The notes below the pieces were generated by a model. It saw nothing but the letters and a program-made list of their open reading frames with translations, had not been told where the DNA came from and did no database searches. From Dicyema japonicum (lineage: Eukaryota; Animalia; Dicyemida), in assembly GCA_011109175.1 (NCBI GenBank), contig RDEW01000055.1, positions 15,516-79,515 of the forward strand: 64,000 nucleotides of DNA. Reading direction: 5' to 3'. Below are positions 35,197 to 47,775 of the stretch, piece by piece; positions within the stretch are counted from its first letter, which is position 1, and the number at the start of each line of letters is the position of its first letter. The position numbers and the translations under genes were made by a program.

Positions 35197-36841
35197 CAAC
35201 CATATTTTTGTATAAGGTCATATTTTTTTTCATAAAGTCATATTTTTTTAATTAAGGTCATTTTTTCATAAAGTCTTTTGTTCCATTTAATTCTGTCTTT
35301 ATCTTAAATAAATTTTCTTAATTTGTCAAAAAAATAATAATATTTGTTGTGATGGTCAAACCTAAAAAATCAAATAAAAAGAAAATATATAATATAATTA
35401 ACAATTTTCCTAATGAATTCGAAGAGGATGATCAGGGAAGACTTTTTTGTTTGAAATGCTGTGTTCCCGTTAAGTATGGAAAAAGTTTCAACGTTGATCA
35501 ACATCGCCAAACGTTGAAACACAAAAAGAGATTAGAATCGGGAAAATGTACTGCTCAAATGAAATTGACTTCTAAAGATCTGGTTTCCAAAGAGTCTTTC
35601 GCTATCAGCTTGGTCGAAATGATGACCAAATCAAATATTCCATTGTTCAAATTAAGGGATGTTCATTTTCAAACTTTTTTTGAAAATTTGGGATTTAAAC
35701 TCCCTAGTGAGACACATTCCAGAAATCTTGTATCAACTATTCTTGTGAAACAAGTAGAAAAACTTAATGAATATTTCGAAGCAAGTCAAATATTTTTAAT
35801 CGTTGACGAAACCCAGCACTCTTTAAAAAAGTATGTGAACATTATTGCTGGAAAGATTGAAAACCCAACCAATATTTACTTGGTTGAATGTATTTGTGTT
35901 GAAACATGTGATGCAAATTCAATTTGTCAGACAATTGATGATTGCTTGCGAAATTACCAAGTTGAAAGAAGAAACTTTGTTTTGTTATTAACTGATGCTG
36001 CACCGTATATGATGTCAGCAGCAACTAGCCTACGTATATTTTATCCGAATATGATTCACCTGACTTGTTTCGCCCATTTACTTCATAATTGTGCACTAAA
36101 GGTGCGTTCTCACTATCAAGACATCGATTTTTTAATATCATCGGTGAAGATGGTGACGCTTAAAAATAAAAGTCGTCAAAAGCTCTTTTCAGAATTTGGT
36201 CTACCTCCAGATGTTGTTGTCACAAGATGGGGCAGCTGGCTTAATGCTGCAACATATTATTCAAAACATTTAAACAAAATCAGAAAGATAGTTTCCTCTT
36301 TACCGAATTCTGGAAAAATTGTATTGAATGCAAAGAAGGCGATATATTCTGATTCATTGGAGCGGAACCTAGCAAACATAGCATCTTACAACTGTCTAAG
36401 TGAAGGAATAAAGAAATGTGAAGATACTTTTTATTCTGTTAAAGATGCAATCCAATGTATTAATTCGATTGACTTTGGGAAGATCCATGTGAGATTGCAC
36501 AATATTAAAAAAAAGAACAAATTCAATGCCATGGAATAGCATTCAAGAAGCCAATTTGGGAGATTTTCATCCTGAATTATTTGCATATTTATGGAAATGT
36601 CCTGGAACCACATTATCTGTTGAAAGAAGTTTCTCAATGCTAAATAAACTTTTAGCGAAAGACAGAAACTTCAAGGATGAAAATATTAAACAATATTTAA
36701 TTGTTATTTTAATAAATTTATCTAGTCATAAAGTCATATTTTCTTGCAAATAAGGTCATATTTTCTAATTTTAAGGTCATAAAAGTCATATTTTTAAGGT
36801 CATATTTGAATCATTTTAAGGTCATATTTTTGGTTGCCCTA
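35197..36841 (+). mobile_element. hAT transposon with CGGBP1/DUF659-like transposase
   Basis: Subterminal AAGGTCATATTT repeats at both ends; right terminus GGTTGCCCTA; left TIR truncated where the RTE copy begins. Confidence 0.8.
35352..36753 (+). CDS. CGGBP1-like hAT transposase, one apparent frameshift near 36510
   Basis: LFCLKC..QHRQTLKH zinc finger, IVDET, LLTDAAPYM, TCFAHLLH, TRWGSWL, SVERSFS. Confidence 0.8.
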
Positions 36842-36859
36842 ATGATCACATTGCACGTA

Positions 36860-37270
36860 CTAAAATGCGTGCAATGCAGCGATTAGGCGCGTTGCGTGCT
36901 TTCTACTTGAGGAGAGGTGCCTGGTTCCGCGTTTTTAACGCCTGGGTGTTACCCGTATTGACCTACGGCGTCCATGCTTGGCACTTCTGCGAAGACAGGA
37001 GAAGTACGTTGACGCGCTTAAGAAAGTCCGAAGACGAGCCATCCGGCTAGCCCATGGCTTAGGTTGGCGAGAGGAGCTCTCCAACTCCCAGGAATTGTCC
37101 CTCAAAGGCCTCCCTGAGGTCCTAGAGAAGATAATGACTGGGTGGCAGGTAAGACGGTAAGTTTTAACCTGTGGAGTGTCGTGAGGCGAGCGTGTGTGCA
37201 GGACCGAAAAGGTAGGAATGCCGAAGGTCCTTATATGTTAGCTCATAACAGCCTCTATTTAAAATAAAAT
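36860..37270 (+). mobile_element. CR1/L2-like LINE 3' fragment
   Basis: FNAWVLPVLTYGVHAW...LKKVRRRAIRL. Confidence 0.55.
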
Positions 37271-37375
37271 TTTTCCTTTCCTTTCCTAGGGAAATTTGTT
37301 GTTTTTTTGACCTGTTGCTTTTCTGCACGGTTAATTCGATTATCGATTATTAACGGTGATTAGTTTCGTCGTTTA

Positions 37376-37620
37376 CGGCAGCGGCTCAGTGTCAACCTGG
37401 GCTCACTACAAACCGGTCACAACAAATTTAAATTTCTTGAAACAGATCGATAATCTCTTGGTTTCGGGTTCGATTCCCAAAGGCTGTCTGTGCAGGAAGC
37501 TTCGTTTGGGCTCGACGAGTGACGCCGTAATGGACATCTCATCACATACGGACTCCGCATGGAACGGACCTCCGGATGGATGTTGAGCTTCCTAGTCTTT
37601 TTTCAGCCGACGCCAACAAA
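37376..37620 (+). mobile_element. Possible tRNA-derived SINE remnant
   Basis: GGCTCAGTG A-box-like and GGTTCGATTCCC B-box; spacing is abnormally long. Confidence 0.3.
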
Positions 37621-37802
37621 AGAACAGTTAAAAAGACAAGTGAAAACTCTCCATTTCGGATTAATTAAAATAAATAGTTACTTGTACTCTCTTGCTCTTG
37701 TTCTTGTGTGGCTGACACAAGTGAAGGCTCAGGTACATACGTGCCTCTGTCTTGGCGGGCGTGCTGTATTATTATTAGAGATCGATAATTCCGATCTAAT
37801 TA

Positions 37803-38727
37803 CAGTCAAACCCGTTTACTCGCCAAATTTGGGACAAGCCAAAAAATGGCGAGTAACTGAATTTGGCGAGTAACTGAATAATCAATAAAAATTTTATATG
37901 CACAAAATTCACAAAATTAAACAATAATAAACTGAATAATAAAACAAATCATTATTTCGAAAAATAAAGAGTCAAATTACGAATTTAGACCAAAATAATC
38001 GTTCAATGTTGCTTTTCTAGTAAACATCGTATTTTCAATTAATTGATTGTCTCGACCGTGATGATGGAAAAAGGCCTGATGGCTCTACATTGTTCCCTTT
38101 CGACACTGGTAAACCATTAGTTTGGAATGCCACGTGTGTTGATACCTTTTCCAAGTCGGCATCAACGAATCCGCCTCCTTGCCCGGGTCTCGTGCTAATA
38201 GGGTTGAATCTTCTCAATTCAAAAATATCAGCGTTTGTTAGACTGCTTTGTTTTGGCTAATTGTTGTTGAGACTTCGTGTGTCTTTTGCACATAGACAGT
38301 AATTTATCTGAAGAGACTTGGCCACCTCTGTTCATTACGCTCAAAGGATCCTATGGAATTTACTTTCCTAATGCAAAGGATCGTTGTGCGTGGTAACAGC
38401 TGTTCCATTTCGGCTTCCTGGCCGATTAAATTAACTAGTTAATTAGTTTCCTTATCAAATAAAATAATCCTATTGATTGATCATTTGAAATTGCATTAAT
38501 ATTCAAAGTATCGTCTAGCGTATTATACTTTTTCATATTATGCACAGTTAAACGCATCTTCATGATTTATTTCATTCGCAGGTGTTTTTTCTTCAATTAG
38601 TTTTGAAAGAACATTTTTATAAAACACCAGTTTCGTCACCATTGTAAACAGTTTCACGATCATATTGTTCTAATTTCGTAGATAACATTATTTGAAATTT
38701 TCAATTTGCTCATTTAGATTTTCAGGG
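37803..38727 (-). mobile_element. Second, deleted copy of the pogo element at 16527, interrupted by a CRE 3' fragment (about 38048-38428, + strand)
   Basis: TA|CAGTCAAACCCGTTTACTCG terminus; ~240 bp matches 16527-16750 and 38620-38727 matches 17155-17280. Confidence 0.8.
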
Positions 38728-39880
38728 AGATCTTAATGCGAAAAATACTGCTTATGATGCGAGGCATCCAACCAAGATGGTCGGGCTCTACTTAAGATAG
38801 CGAGGAAATATGACCTTACTGTTTGGACTTCTGAGGAACTCAATCATTTCAACTTCAGTGGAAGTGATCGCCTTGCTCTATTCCTGTCTTCCGCGCCTGT
38901 CAGCCTTTTTTGCGACACGCCCAGGATAGAATTGGACACTGGGAGTGACTATCTGCCCCAACCAATGTTTTTACGGACGTCCACGATCTTGGTGTCAGAA
39001 CTCTTTACGGGGTACGACATGTCTTCTGTGGAATGGCCCATGTTCAACATATACTTGGGTGCAGTGTTGGAACCCCTCTCCCACATGCACCTGTCTACAA
39101 GTGAAAGCATTGATCGTCTCGATATGGCCCTACGAAGGCATATGGTGACCTTTCTGGATAGATTCGCATCTAAGAAACTTATGAAATCCCAGGGATCTTG
39201 TGTGAAGAAGACCGAAACTAGACTATCGGAGCTAGTCAGAGACAAGGCGCGACTAGAAAGCAAAAGAAGGAGGTGTTTCGAATCTGAAGACTCCAGAAGT
39301 CTAAATACCAGAATCAGCACCCTGAAGAGTCAGATCGATGAGCTGACTAAAGCTAACACAGATGCGGCATGGAAGAGAGAATGTTTAAAACTGAACAAGA
39401 AAAATCCTAAATTCTGGAAACTATACAAAATAATGAGCGGGACGGAGGCGAAGGGAGAAGAAATCATACTTAAATCGGTGGATGGAGCCTTTGTTCCTAC
39501 TGAGGAAGTCCCGGAGGTCTTCCGCCAGCAGCTAGCAGGGATTCAGGAGGTGGACCCTTCGTCAATCTTGCCTCGGGAAGTATTCGAGGAGTCGACTCGA
39601 AATTCCCGCTCAAAAGATGTATTGGATGGACCCTTGCGCAGGGAAATAACCATGGAAGAGACGATCGAAGCAATCAGAGGTTGTAAGAACAATGCACCTG
39701 GATTTGATTTCATCTCTATGGAGATGTTCAAGAAGGCACCCGGATGCCTGCTTCGTATCCTGGTTAAACTATTCAATGCCAGTTGGGACAATGGTCACGT
39801 CCCATCTGGCTGGAAACGAACAATCGTCCGAATGATCCCAAAACCTGGAAAACCTAATACGCAGGCAGGAAGCTATAGGC
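38728..39880 (+). mobile_element. Jockey/I-group LINE (APE end + RT start)
   Basis: GDLNAK, GSDYLP, NNAPGFDFIS, WKRTIVRMIPKPGKP..GSYR. Confidence 0.85.
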
Positions 39881-40560
39881 NNNNNNNNNNNNNNNNNNNN
39901 NNNNNNNNNNNNNNNNNNNNNNNNNNNNNNNNNNNNNNNNNNNNNNNNNNNNNNNNNNNNNNNNNNNNNNNNNNNNNNNNNNNNNNNNNNNNNNNNNNNN
40001 NNNNNNNNNNNNNNNNNNNNNNNNNNNNNNNNNNNNNNNNNNNNNNNNNNNNNNNNNNNNNNNNNNNNNNNNNNNNNNNNNNNNNNNNNNNNNNNNNNNN
40101 NNNNNNNNNNNNNNNNNNNNNNNNNNNNNNNNNNNNNNNNNNNNNNNNNNNNNNNNNNNNNNNNNNNNNNNNNNNNNNNNNNNNNNNNNNNNNNNNNNNN
40201 NNNNNNNNNNNNNNNNNNNNNNNNNNNNNNNNNNNNNNNNNNNNNNNNNNNNNNNNNNNNNNNNNNNNNNNNNNNNNNNNNNNNNNNNNNNNNNNNNNNN
40301 NNNNNNNNNNNNNNNNNNNNNNNNNNNNNNNNNNNNNNNNNNNNNNNNNNNNNNNNNNNNNNNNNNNNNNNNNNNNNNNNNNNNNNNNNNNNNNNNNNNN
40401 NNNNNNNNNNNNNNNNNNNNNNNNNNNNNNNNNNNNNNNNNNNNNNNNNNNNNNNNNNNNNNNNNNNNNNNNNNNNNNNNNNNNNNNNNNNNNNNNNNNN
40501 NNNNNNNNNNNNNNNNNNNNNNNNNNNNNNNNNNNNNNNNNNNNNNNNNNNNNNNNNNNN

Positions 40561-40860
40561 NAATTAACCGTATTGCAGTCTCCTCGATTGCGGATAGTTT
40601 CAATGAGGAAGATCGTGACATTTGCATTGCCCATGATGGACTTGCATACGTCATCGTTGGTAGATAAATTGTTTGTAAATCGTGGCAAGGACATCGGTTT
40701 GGTCTCTAAGTGTTTTTGAGAGCACTTTTAAAATTCTCATTTTTTTCAGAGCAAAAGATACTTTGTTTTCAACATGCCAGATAAAGGTGAGACCCTGATC
40801 AAAGGTTACTCCCATAATCTTCGGTTTTTTGTTAATAGAGATAGCTTCGTTTTTCATAAA
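40561..40860 (-). mobile_element. Jockey/I-group LINE 3' RT fragment
   Basis: MGVTFDQGLTF...MTYASPSW; homologous to 28142-28615. Confidence 0.75.
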
Positions 40861-41100
40861 AACTTTTGGTTTGATACAGAGCTATCTTTTGTAGGTGGTA
40901 AACAGTGTGACAAAGGACTTTGCTCGATTAAGATATTAGAAAAATAATTATATTTTTCTATTAAATCAGATTATTATTCACGTTATTAACATTTATTATT
41001 ATTTATTTTATAAAAGATATAAATAATTTTTTGTCGGCATACCATACTTAACGCAAATAAAGTATTATTCACAAAGCAAATTTTTGTTTCTTGTTTGTTT

Positions 41101-41580
41101 TGTCACACCAGCGTTTGTTTGTGAAAGATCAAGATGAATACAATTTGTTGAGATCTTTACTTGATAATGAGGATGTCGATCCTCCTAAGCATAGGAAGTA
41201 TTGACTCAAAAAGAAAGCTGAAAATTTCATTATTAATGAAAGGAAATTATATCTTAAAGATGTAAACGGGCTACACAAGCTCTTATTTGTTTCCACGATA
41301 TAGAAGAAATTAAAATAATCGCTCGGGAGATTCATTTGCCAATCATTGTATTGGAAGCTCTTTGTAGAAAAAGATTTTTTTAATAAAAAGATAGATCATT
41401 AGACAAGTTACAGTGAATGCAAGATTTTCCAATTCTCAGTACCACTATAACAATATGATGATTTTACTAAAATTGTTGCCGATGCGTCTAATGAGAGATT
41501 TCAAGTCGATCTGATTGATCTTAAAAGGTTTGAAAGTTTTTGTTATTTTATAGATTTAAAGATCAAAATAATCATTTTGG
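41101..41580 (+). mobile_element. N-terminal remnant of a third Ginger/KRBA2-like integrase
   Basis: ASNERFQVDLIDLK; TGTCAC at 41101 is a possible terminus. Confidence 0.5.
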
Positions 41581-41590
41581 TTGCTTTCTG

Positions 41591-42050
41591 TCACGGTTGT
41601 TAAAATCATGATTTTTATGGAAAAAATTTGAAAAAAATCTGATTTTTTTTATTTAAACAGGATTTTTTGATTTAAATCAGATTTTTTAATTAAATGAATT
41701 TTATTCGGAAACAAAGTAAAATAAAAACAATGGAAATCGTATTTATTTATTTAAAAGCTTGTAAACAAATGCAAATTTGGCAGCTTTTTCAAGCCTATTT
41801 CGTAAATTTGAATTTAAGAACCCAAAAGACGAAAAAATTCGTTCTATTCTACCTGTGAAAGAAACTGCTCTAAGAATTTTTTCGCAGAGTGAAATTACTT
41901 CAGAAGGTAACTGGTAAGAGTTTGACTCCCACCAAGCTATAGGTGATACTTTGCTCAATAAATTCGGAGCGAACAAGTATAGTTTGAAGGATCAGCTTTT
42001 TGATTTCATCTGTTTCAAAGAACAGATTCCGATCCTGTATCATGCAGTAC
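41591..42050 (-). mobile_element. hAT C-terminal fragment with terminus
   Basis: WWESN...IERIFSSFG..LRNRL dimerisation motif; GATTTTTT subterminal repeats. Confidence 0.6.
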
Positions 42051-42390
42051 ATTGCTTCTGATCTTGAACTATTGTTTCTCCCAGTAACCCATTCTGTTAA
42101 CCCGTTGATATTGACATTTGTATTTTCATAACACTTTGATATAATTGAATGAAGCATTTTCTGATTAGTCCTCTCCAAATAATTCTTCTTTTGAAGTTTT
42201 TTATAATGTCAGTGTTTAACAAGTTTACAGCTATTAATTTCAAATTCGCCAACATCTCTATCCTATTCTTCACATTTTCAGCAATTTTTTCCATAACTTT
42301 GTCTTTCATGACCTTACTCCCTTTATCTTCTAACACTCCAGGATAGCGATATCCCTCACAACCATTCAGATAATTTGTATTTTGGCACAT
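42050..42390 (-). mobile_element. R4-like RT fragment
   Basis: YRYPGVLED..IAENVKNRIEML..LIAVN. Confidence 0.5.
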
Positions 42391-43870
42391 TTCAGATTAG
42401 TTGCAGACTTTCCATAGTTTCTTTTAATACCATTGCCGCATTTGGCAGTGTTTTCCTCTTTAGTACATCTTCAGCGTCTCCTAGTAGAGAACCGAGCTTA
42501 TTAGTACATCTCTATCTTTCATGAGTAACATCGTCTTCTTTTTTGACTTCAGTAATTTCAGTTTTGTTTACATTTACGTTGAGAAACCAATTCTCAAGCT
42601 CCGCAGGTGCATTTTCTAGTAGGTGTTGGAGTGCGGTAGCGTCCCGTGATACGAAATTCACATCATCCGCATAAGATGTCTCTTCTATGTCTCCTATATA
42701 GCATTTGGGAGATCGCGGAGTGCAGATTCAAGGTATATGGTGAATAGCCTCGTGGAGCCATGTGGTGCTTCGTGGCTAATTGGTTGAAGTTTCTGTTTGA
42801 TCGTCTGTTCCTCCTCTCTCTTCCTATTAGAGTGGCGTCATGTGATCCACCTGTCTAGGTAGCGCCCAGTGCCAGACCGGCACGAAAATAAATAATTTGC
42901 TCTTCCCCACTCTACTAGAGGGGCTTCCACAACTGCAAGTATGAACGTCTTTTACCCTTTATGTTGATTCCTGATGGACTCTGTGAAGTGGAACCTGGAT
43001 ACACTTAATTAGTTGTTTACTTTAACTTCTTTCTCGGTGTATCAGGGGTTAATAAATTAATAATAGTAAAGGAAAAAGGGAATCATCCTGGGGTGTCTCA
43101 ATCGTTGTTTTGAAACTACGAGGAAGTTGCTCCTTCTGTCCTCACAGATAGTCTTGTGTTCGCAAGTAGTAGTCTGATTATCCAAACCAACGATTCATCC
43201 AGTATTTACTCAAGCACATTCATCAGTTTCTGGCTGTTTATTCAGTCAAAAGCTCTGGAGTGATCTATAGCTGATTCCATTTCTTTCACTGTGATTGGAT
43301 TCTTTAGTGCCTTCGGTTCTCCCTGGAAATGGGGGAAGTCCTTATTTTCTATATTCAACAGTGTTTCGAAGTGTCGTGCAATCAATTCTGATTTTTCTTC
43401 CGGGGTACTCACGAATTTTCCGTCTTTGTCATTGATGTGAAGGGTGTTTTGTCCTTTCTTTGTCCGCAGCAGTCGCAAAACCGCATACATCCTTGAAATG
43501 TCCTTTAGGCATTCCACATCTTTTAATAGGAATGTAATAATTTCCCGTGAGTGTTTTCTGCTCATCTTTTTGATTTTTGATTTTAGTTCCCTTTGTTGGA
43601 TATTAAGTTATTCAGTATGTTGTATGGGAATCTGTTTGAGTTTTCGTTGTGTTCTCCATTAGGATGATGTCTTTGTCTGTCTGTTTACAGACATCAAAGC
43701 AGCCTCCAATTTTTTTTGTTTTTATTTCTGATCCTTTTGGTAATTTCCTTAATCAGATCTGTAATTTCAGTATTCAAGGATGTTGTTTTATCTATAGTTT
43801 TCTTTAGTTTATTTTTTCATGCAATAAGGACTTTCGTTTCTGTGTCGAATTTATCTGAAAAGTCTTGAAT
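42390..43870 (-). mobile_element. RTE LINE, deleted, interrupted by the 320-bp retroposon
   Basis: ELIARHF; TPQDDSLFPLL|FTIYLESALRD; SYADDVNF. Confidence 0.8.
42748..43061 (+). mobile_element. Non-autonomous ~320-bp retroposon, copy 1
   Basis: Inserted in the RTE RT motif; short TSD AATAG at 42743-42747 and 43062-43066. Confidence 0.85.
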
Positions 43871-44329
43871 TGCCCCATTGGAATAAACTTTTTTCGGGCT
43901 TGCAAAATCTTTTCATTAATAAATCCAACGGCGAGGAAAAGTTTTCTATTCGGAAAGAGGATAAAAAGTCTTCAATAAAAATCATGTACTCAAGCCAATT
44001 CGCACGTGAGAAGTCAACATGGACAACATGGAGGGAGAACTACATATATTTATTAAAAAGCACTCTCGAGAAAACATAAAAGTTTCCCTTGTACCGTATT
44101 CTGAATCATCCTCTTCTTCAGCTTCGACTATGATCTTCTATTGCGCTCTAGTTCTCTTAGGTAGTTCAGGTCGTCCGCCATTTCCATTATAATGTCAGAT
44201 GCTGGCCATATTCTTGTAACACAGTGAATAAGGTCCTGATGGACTGCAAATCTGAGACCATAATATCGCCAGGTCGATGAGAGGGTAAAAAGATGGAATT
44301 TGGCAAACATCTACATTGTACGGACGTTT

Positions 44330-44700
44330 TTGTATTTTGTAGACAGCAGACAGAGACTTCGTACATTGTTAGATTTCATTGGTGTTTCTTGTCTGATGTT
44401 GAGTTTTGACAGACTTCTCAGTGTTGGTAGACATGCGGTTCTTCAATAACCATTCGTTAATACAGTCCAGATTTTGTTGCAATCTGAAAGTAGTTATCTG
44501 GATGTCCCAATCACGTGGCTCAATGATAACATCGTCGGCATAATTCAAAAGAATATCATTTTCGACTTCCGGTGTTGAGGGATCCGCCTTGTATATATTG
44601 AATAGTAATGAAGACAAAGAAGATCCTTTGGGAACACAATTAGGAAGAAGCCGGGAAATAGATCTTGACTCCAGTTCTTGTGGGTTTGCTTTACCATTTT
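44330..44700 (-). mobile_element. Jockey/I-like RT fragment
   Basis: PKGSSLSSLLFNIY..NYADDVII..LQQNLD. Confidence 0.7.
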
Positions 44701-44839
44701 GAAGTCCAGATTATTTGATACAAGAAAACGACCGACAAAAACCTTACCTATTCTACTTAATTTTATTAAAAAATTTTAAAATTATTAAAATAAAAATTGA
44801 TGTTAAATTAGTTTCTATGAATATGTTTTAGAAATTGAC

Positions 44840-46541
44840 ATGGAAAGGAATTATGACAAGATTTTACTAACCGTCCTCTTCCTATTATTAAAAATACAAC
44901 TGAACGAGCTAAAGAAATTATTAAAAAGAAGACAGTGATGTTTCCAAAAATAACAAAAAATGTAGTCAATGCTTCAACTAAAAAAACTCCTAAAGTTCAC
45001 TCTAAAAAAGTAAAAAAAAATTGTAAAAATAATGAGTAATCTAAGATTATTTGAAATCTTACATTTGAGAAATATTTCTCGTCAATATTTAGAATCGTCT
45101 GAAAATAATATTTGTTCAAAATATAACTACAACCAAATAATAAAGAATATTCAAGAGAAAGCATGGTCACAAAGAAAAAAACAAATTTCTCATATTATTA
45201 TGAATTATGATAATATACCAAAAGTTTTATTTAATCAAATTAATAGATTAAACATGTTATTCCTGATTATCTTCAACTATGCAAATTGGGGAATCAATTA
45301 GAGTAGAATTTATGAATATGAATATCCCTAGTAAAGTATTTATTAGAAAGTCATCTGATGTTTGTCATCATTACCCATTTTACTATATTGATAATTTCAT
45401 AAACTGTCGATTTATGCCAAAGACGAATAAGCCAAATGAATTTTCTAATATTATAAATGAAAATAATATAGAAAATATAATTGATAATGAACTTTTAATT
45501 GACAAATCTATAGTTCCATTTTCAGAAACAAAACAAACTATTGATGTCCCAAATCAATTGGATAATGGTGATAAAAAACGACCTGAATTAAGTAATTTTC
45601 CAATGAGAAGTTCATCTCCCTTCGGTTTACTATAATATTAAATTTAAAGGTCAACTTTATGGAACTATTAAAGAATCTCCAGCTGAATTGACAGTTTTAT
45701 GTGTTCCTCCTACAGAAAGTACTCTTAATCTTCAGGTATTTTTTATGTAACATGTAGGGGTTTTTTATAAGCAAAATGCCTACAAGTGATATATCTGAAA
45801 ATATAATACATTTAAATTTGTCATACAATAATTTAAAGGTAATAATTATATGTATTATTGGAAATACCAAATTGTGTACTAAATTTAATAAAATTGGAAT
45901 TACTTTCAATGAGATGTAACCCAATCACTCAAATTCCTAAAATGATTGATCGTCTTGTGAATATTAAAAGTCTTGATTTAAGTTTCTGTCAAATCAATAA
46001 AATATCTAAAAAGTATTTGTATTATTTTAATCAGACTTTATTCTCTTTCAAAAATCGAGCGCTTATGGTTATCTTTTAATAATATTGAATATTTGTCAAA
46101 TGATATTGAAAATTTGAGGTTTACAGTATTAAACAGTAGAGAAATCTTAAAGAACTCCACTTGGAAGGAAATTACCTGATTGGTCTACCAATTTCAATGA
46201 TGGAAATGACCATTGACATTTTCAATATAAAAGGAAATAAAACACATAGAGTATTTGCTGAGGAAAATAATATAAATATTCCAAATGTAATCATTAATTA
46301 TAAATTTAAGAAATTAATGGACATTTGCAAGACACAATTAGTAAATTCAAACAAAGAAATGAGTGAACTAATTTTTGAGTATATTATTGTATAATGTAGA
46401 TGTGAAAGATGTAGTTTCTGTAATAGTCCTATGTTTGGTATAGGAAATAGAATTATAGAGCATTTTCATACTAATCTAACTAAATATAAAATCCCATTTT
46501 TACTGCCAGCATGCAGTGTATTATGTACTGGGAAATTATAA
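44840..46541 (+). CDS. Leucine-rich repeat protein, LRRC63-like
   Basis: N-terminal LL(T)RPLP; LRRs (IIHLNLSYNNL, LELLSMRCNPI, IKSLDLSFCQI, IERLWLSFNNI, LKELHLEGN); C-terminal CSFCNSPMFGIGNRII...IPFLLPACSVLC resembling recalled LRRC63. Introns of 21-35 nt; homopolymer frameshifts in the 5' half. Confidence 0.7.
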
Positions 46542-47775
46542 ATTAATTCTTAAACTCATTTTAATTATTTTTAATTCAGAGTTCACTATATCCACCAAGT
46601 CCCTCGTACCCTTTGTCTAAGGTCTCCTGTTTTTCGTAAGTCTTTAATTCTGACGCTCTTTAACTCTTCATTTAGTACTTAACATAAAGTTGTCCTGTGA
46701 CACGTGTGAAGGATGATTATTATATATTTAATCACGATTCTGATTTGAGATCTTTATGACCTTGTGACGCGTGTACTAGCTGTCTCAATCGTATTGCAGT
46801 CCTGCAACTCCGGTTTGGAGTGAACCCGAATTTTGTTTCTTCTATCATTAATTTCGACTCCTGTCTTGGTTAATGCCTACTCTAAAGAGCTTAGCATGTT
46901 ATACTCATTTAAAATCTAAATCTTAATGGCCAAGAAACAGTCCAGAAAAACTCAGAGAGGATATAAGATAGATGCAAACAATAATGCACAAGATTTGTTA
47001 ATTAACGTTGAAGTCCTTAACAGTGGTTTTGTGCATTGTTAATAATAAAGTATAACAATTATAATCTTTAAAACAAAGAATTTCAGAATTAACAATTCAA
47101 ATATACAGAGGAATAAAATATATTTATGGGTAGATGGAACAAATGTTCAAAGCCATCCTGTTTATTAACAATAGAAAACCCCGGAGAACAATTGCAACAG
47201 AGAAAATCACCAGGCTTCCGCGCTCGCCTGTCAACCTATGGTATCTGGATGATGCGATCCTCGGAGGACCTCCGGATACCGGAATTTGGAAGTGATAATT
47301 CTAACACTGTTCGAAGCTGAATTGGAATTAAATTACACTTAATTCCGAAATCTACAATTGCGGACTTTCAGAAGAGAAATATTCAAAAGCTTTTCATCTT
47401 GGAAATTAACTGCCTGGAAGTATTTCCACATCCAATGTAGGCCTTATATTCCTCGGATCCCCAATCACCATAAATGAAATGGGATGAGCTATGCGTGAAA
47501 AACGACTGTTATTCGGAGAGACTCTGGATCGTTAGTGTCTACTTAACATGCATACGTCATTATTCTTTCTGAAACACAGTCTCAACGTACAGAGGCTTGC
47601 ATATGTGCTGAGGACTGCTCCCTATTTCACTCAGTGTGACCAACTCGCACAGATTAACGAGATCTTCCGTACGACAACGGAGCGTATCTTCAACGTCCGG
47701 TTCGAGGATTACTCATGGAAGCAAGCTACGCTGCCAGTAAGACTCGGAGGGCTTGGAATTCTCAACCCTGTAGAC

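Noticed and set aside
37376-37490. tRNA-Sec gene (6-bp D-stem-like GCTCAG/CTGGGC, CTACAAACC)
   Set aside because: The anticodon would be ACA rather than TCA, there is no anticodon stem, and a ~50-nt AT-rich insert precedes the T-arm.
11002-40719. Long ORF-track entries containing X runs
   Set aside because: They are artefacts of translating across N gaps.
42940-43000. Hammerhead ribozyme in the 320-bp element (CTGATG...GAAG)
   Set aside because: The core CUGAUGA/GAAA and the three flanking stems are not present.
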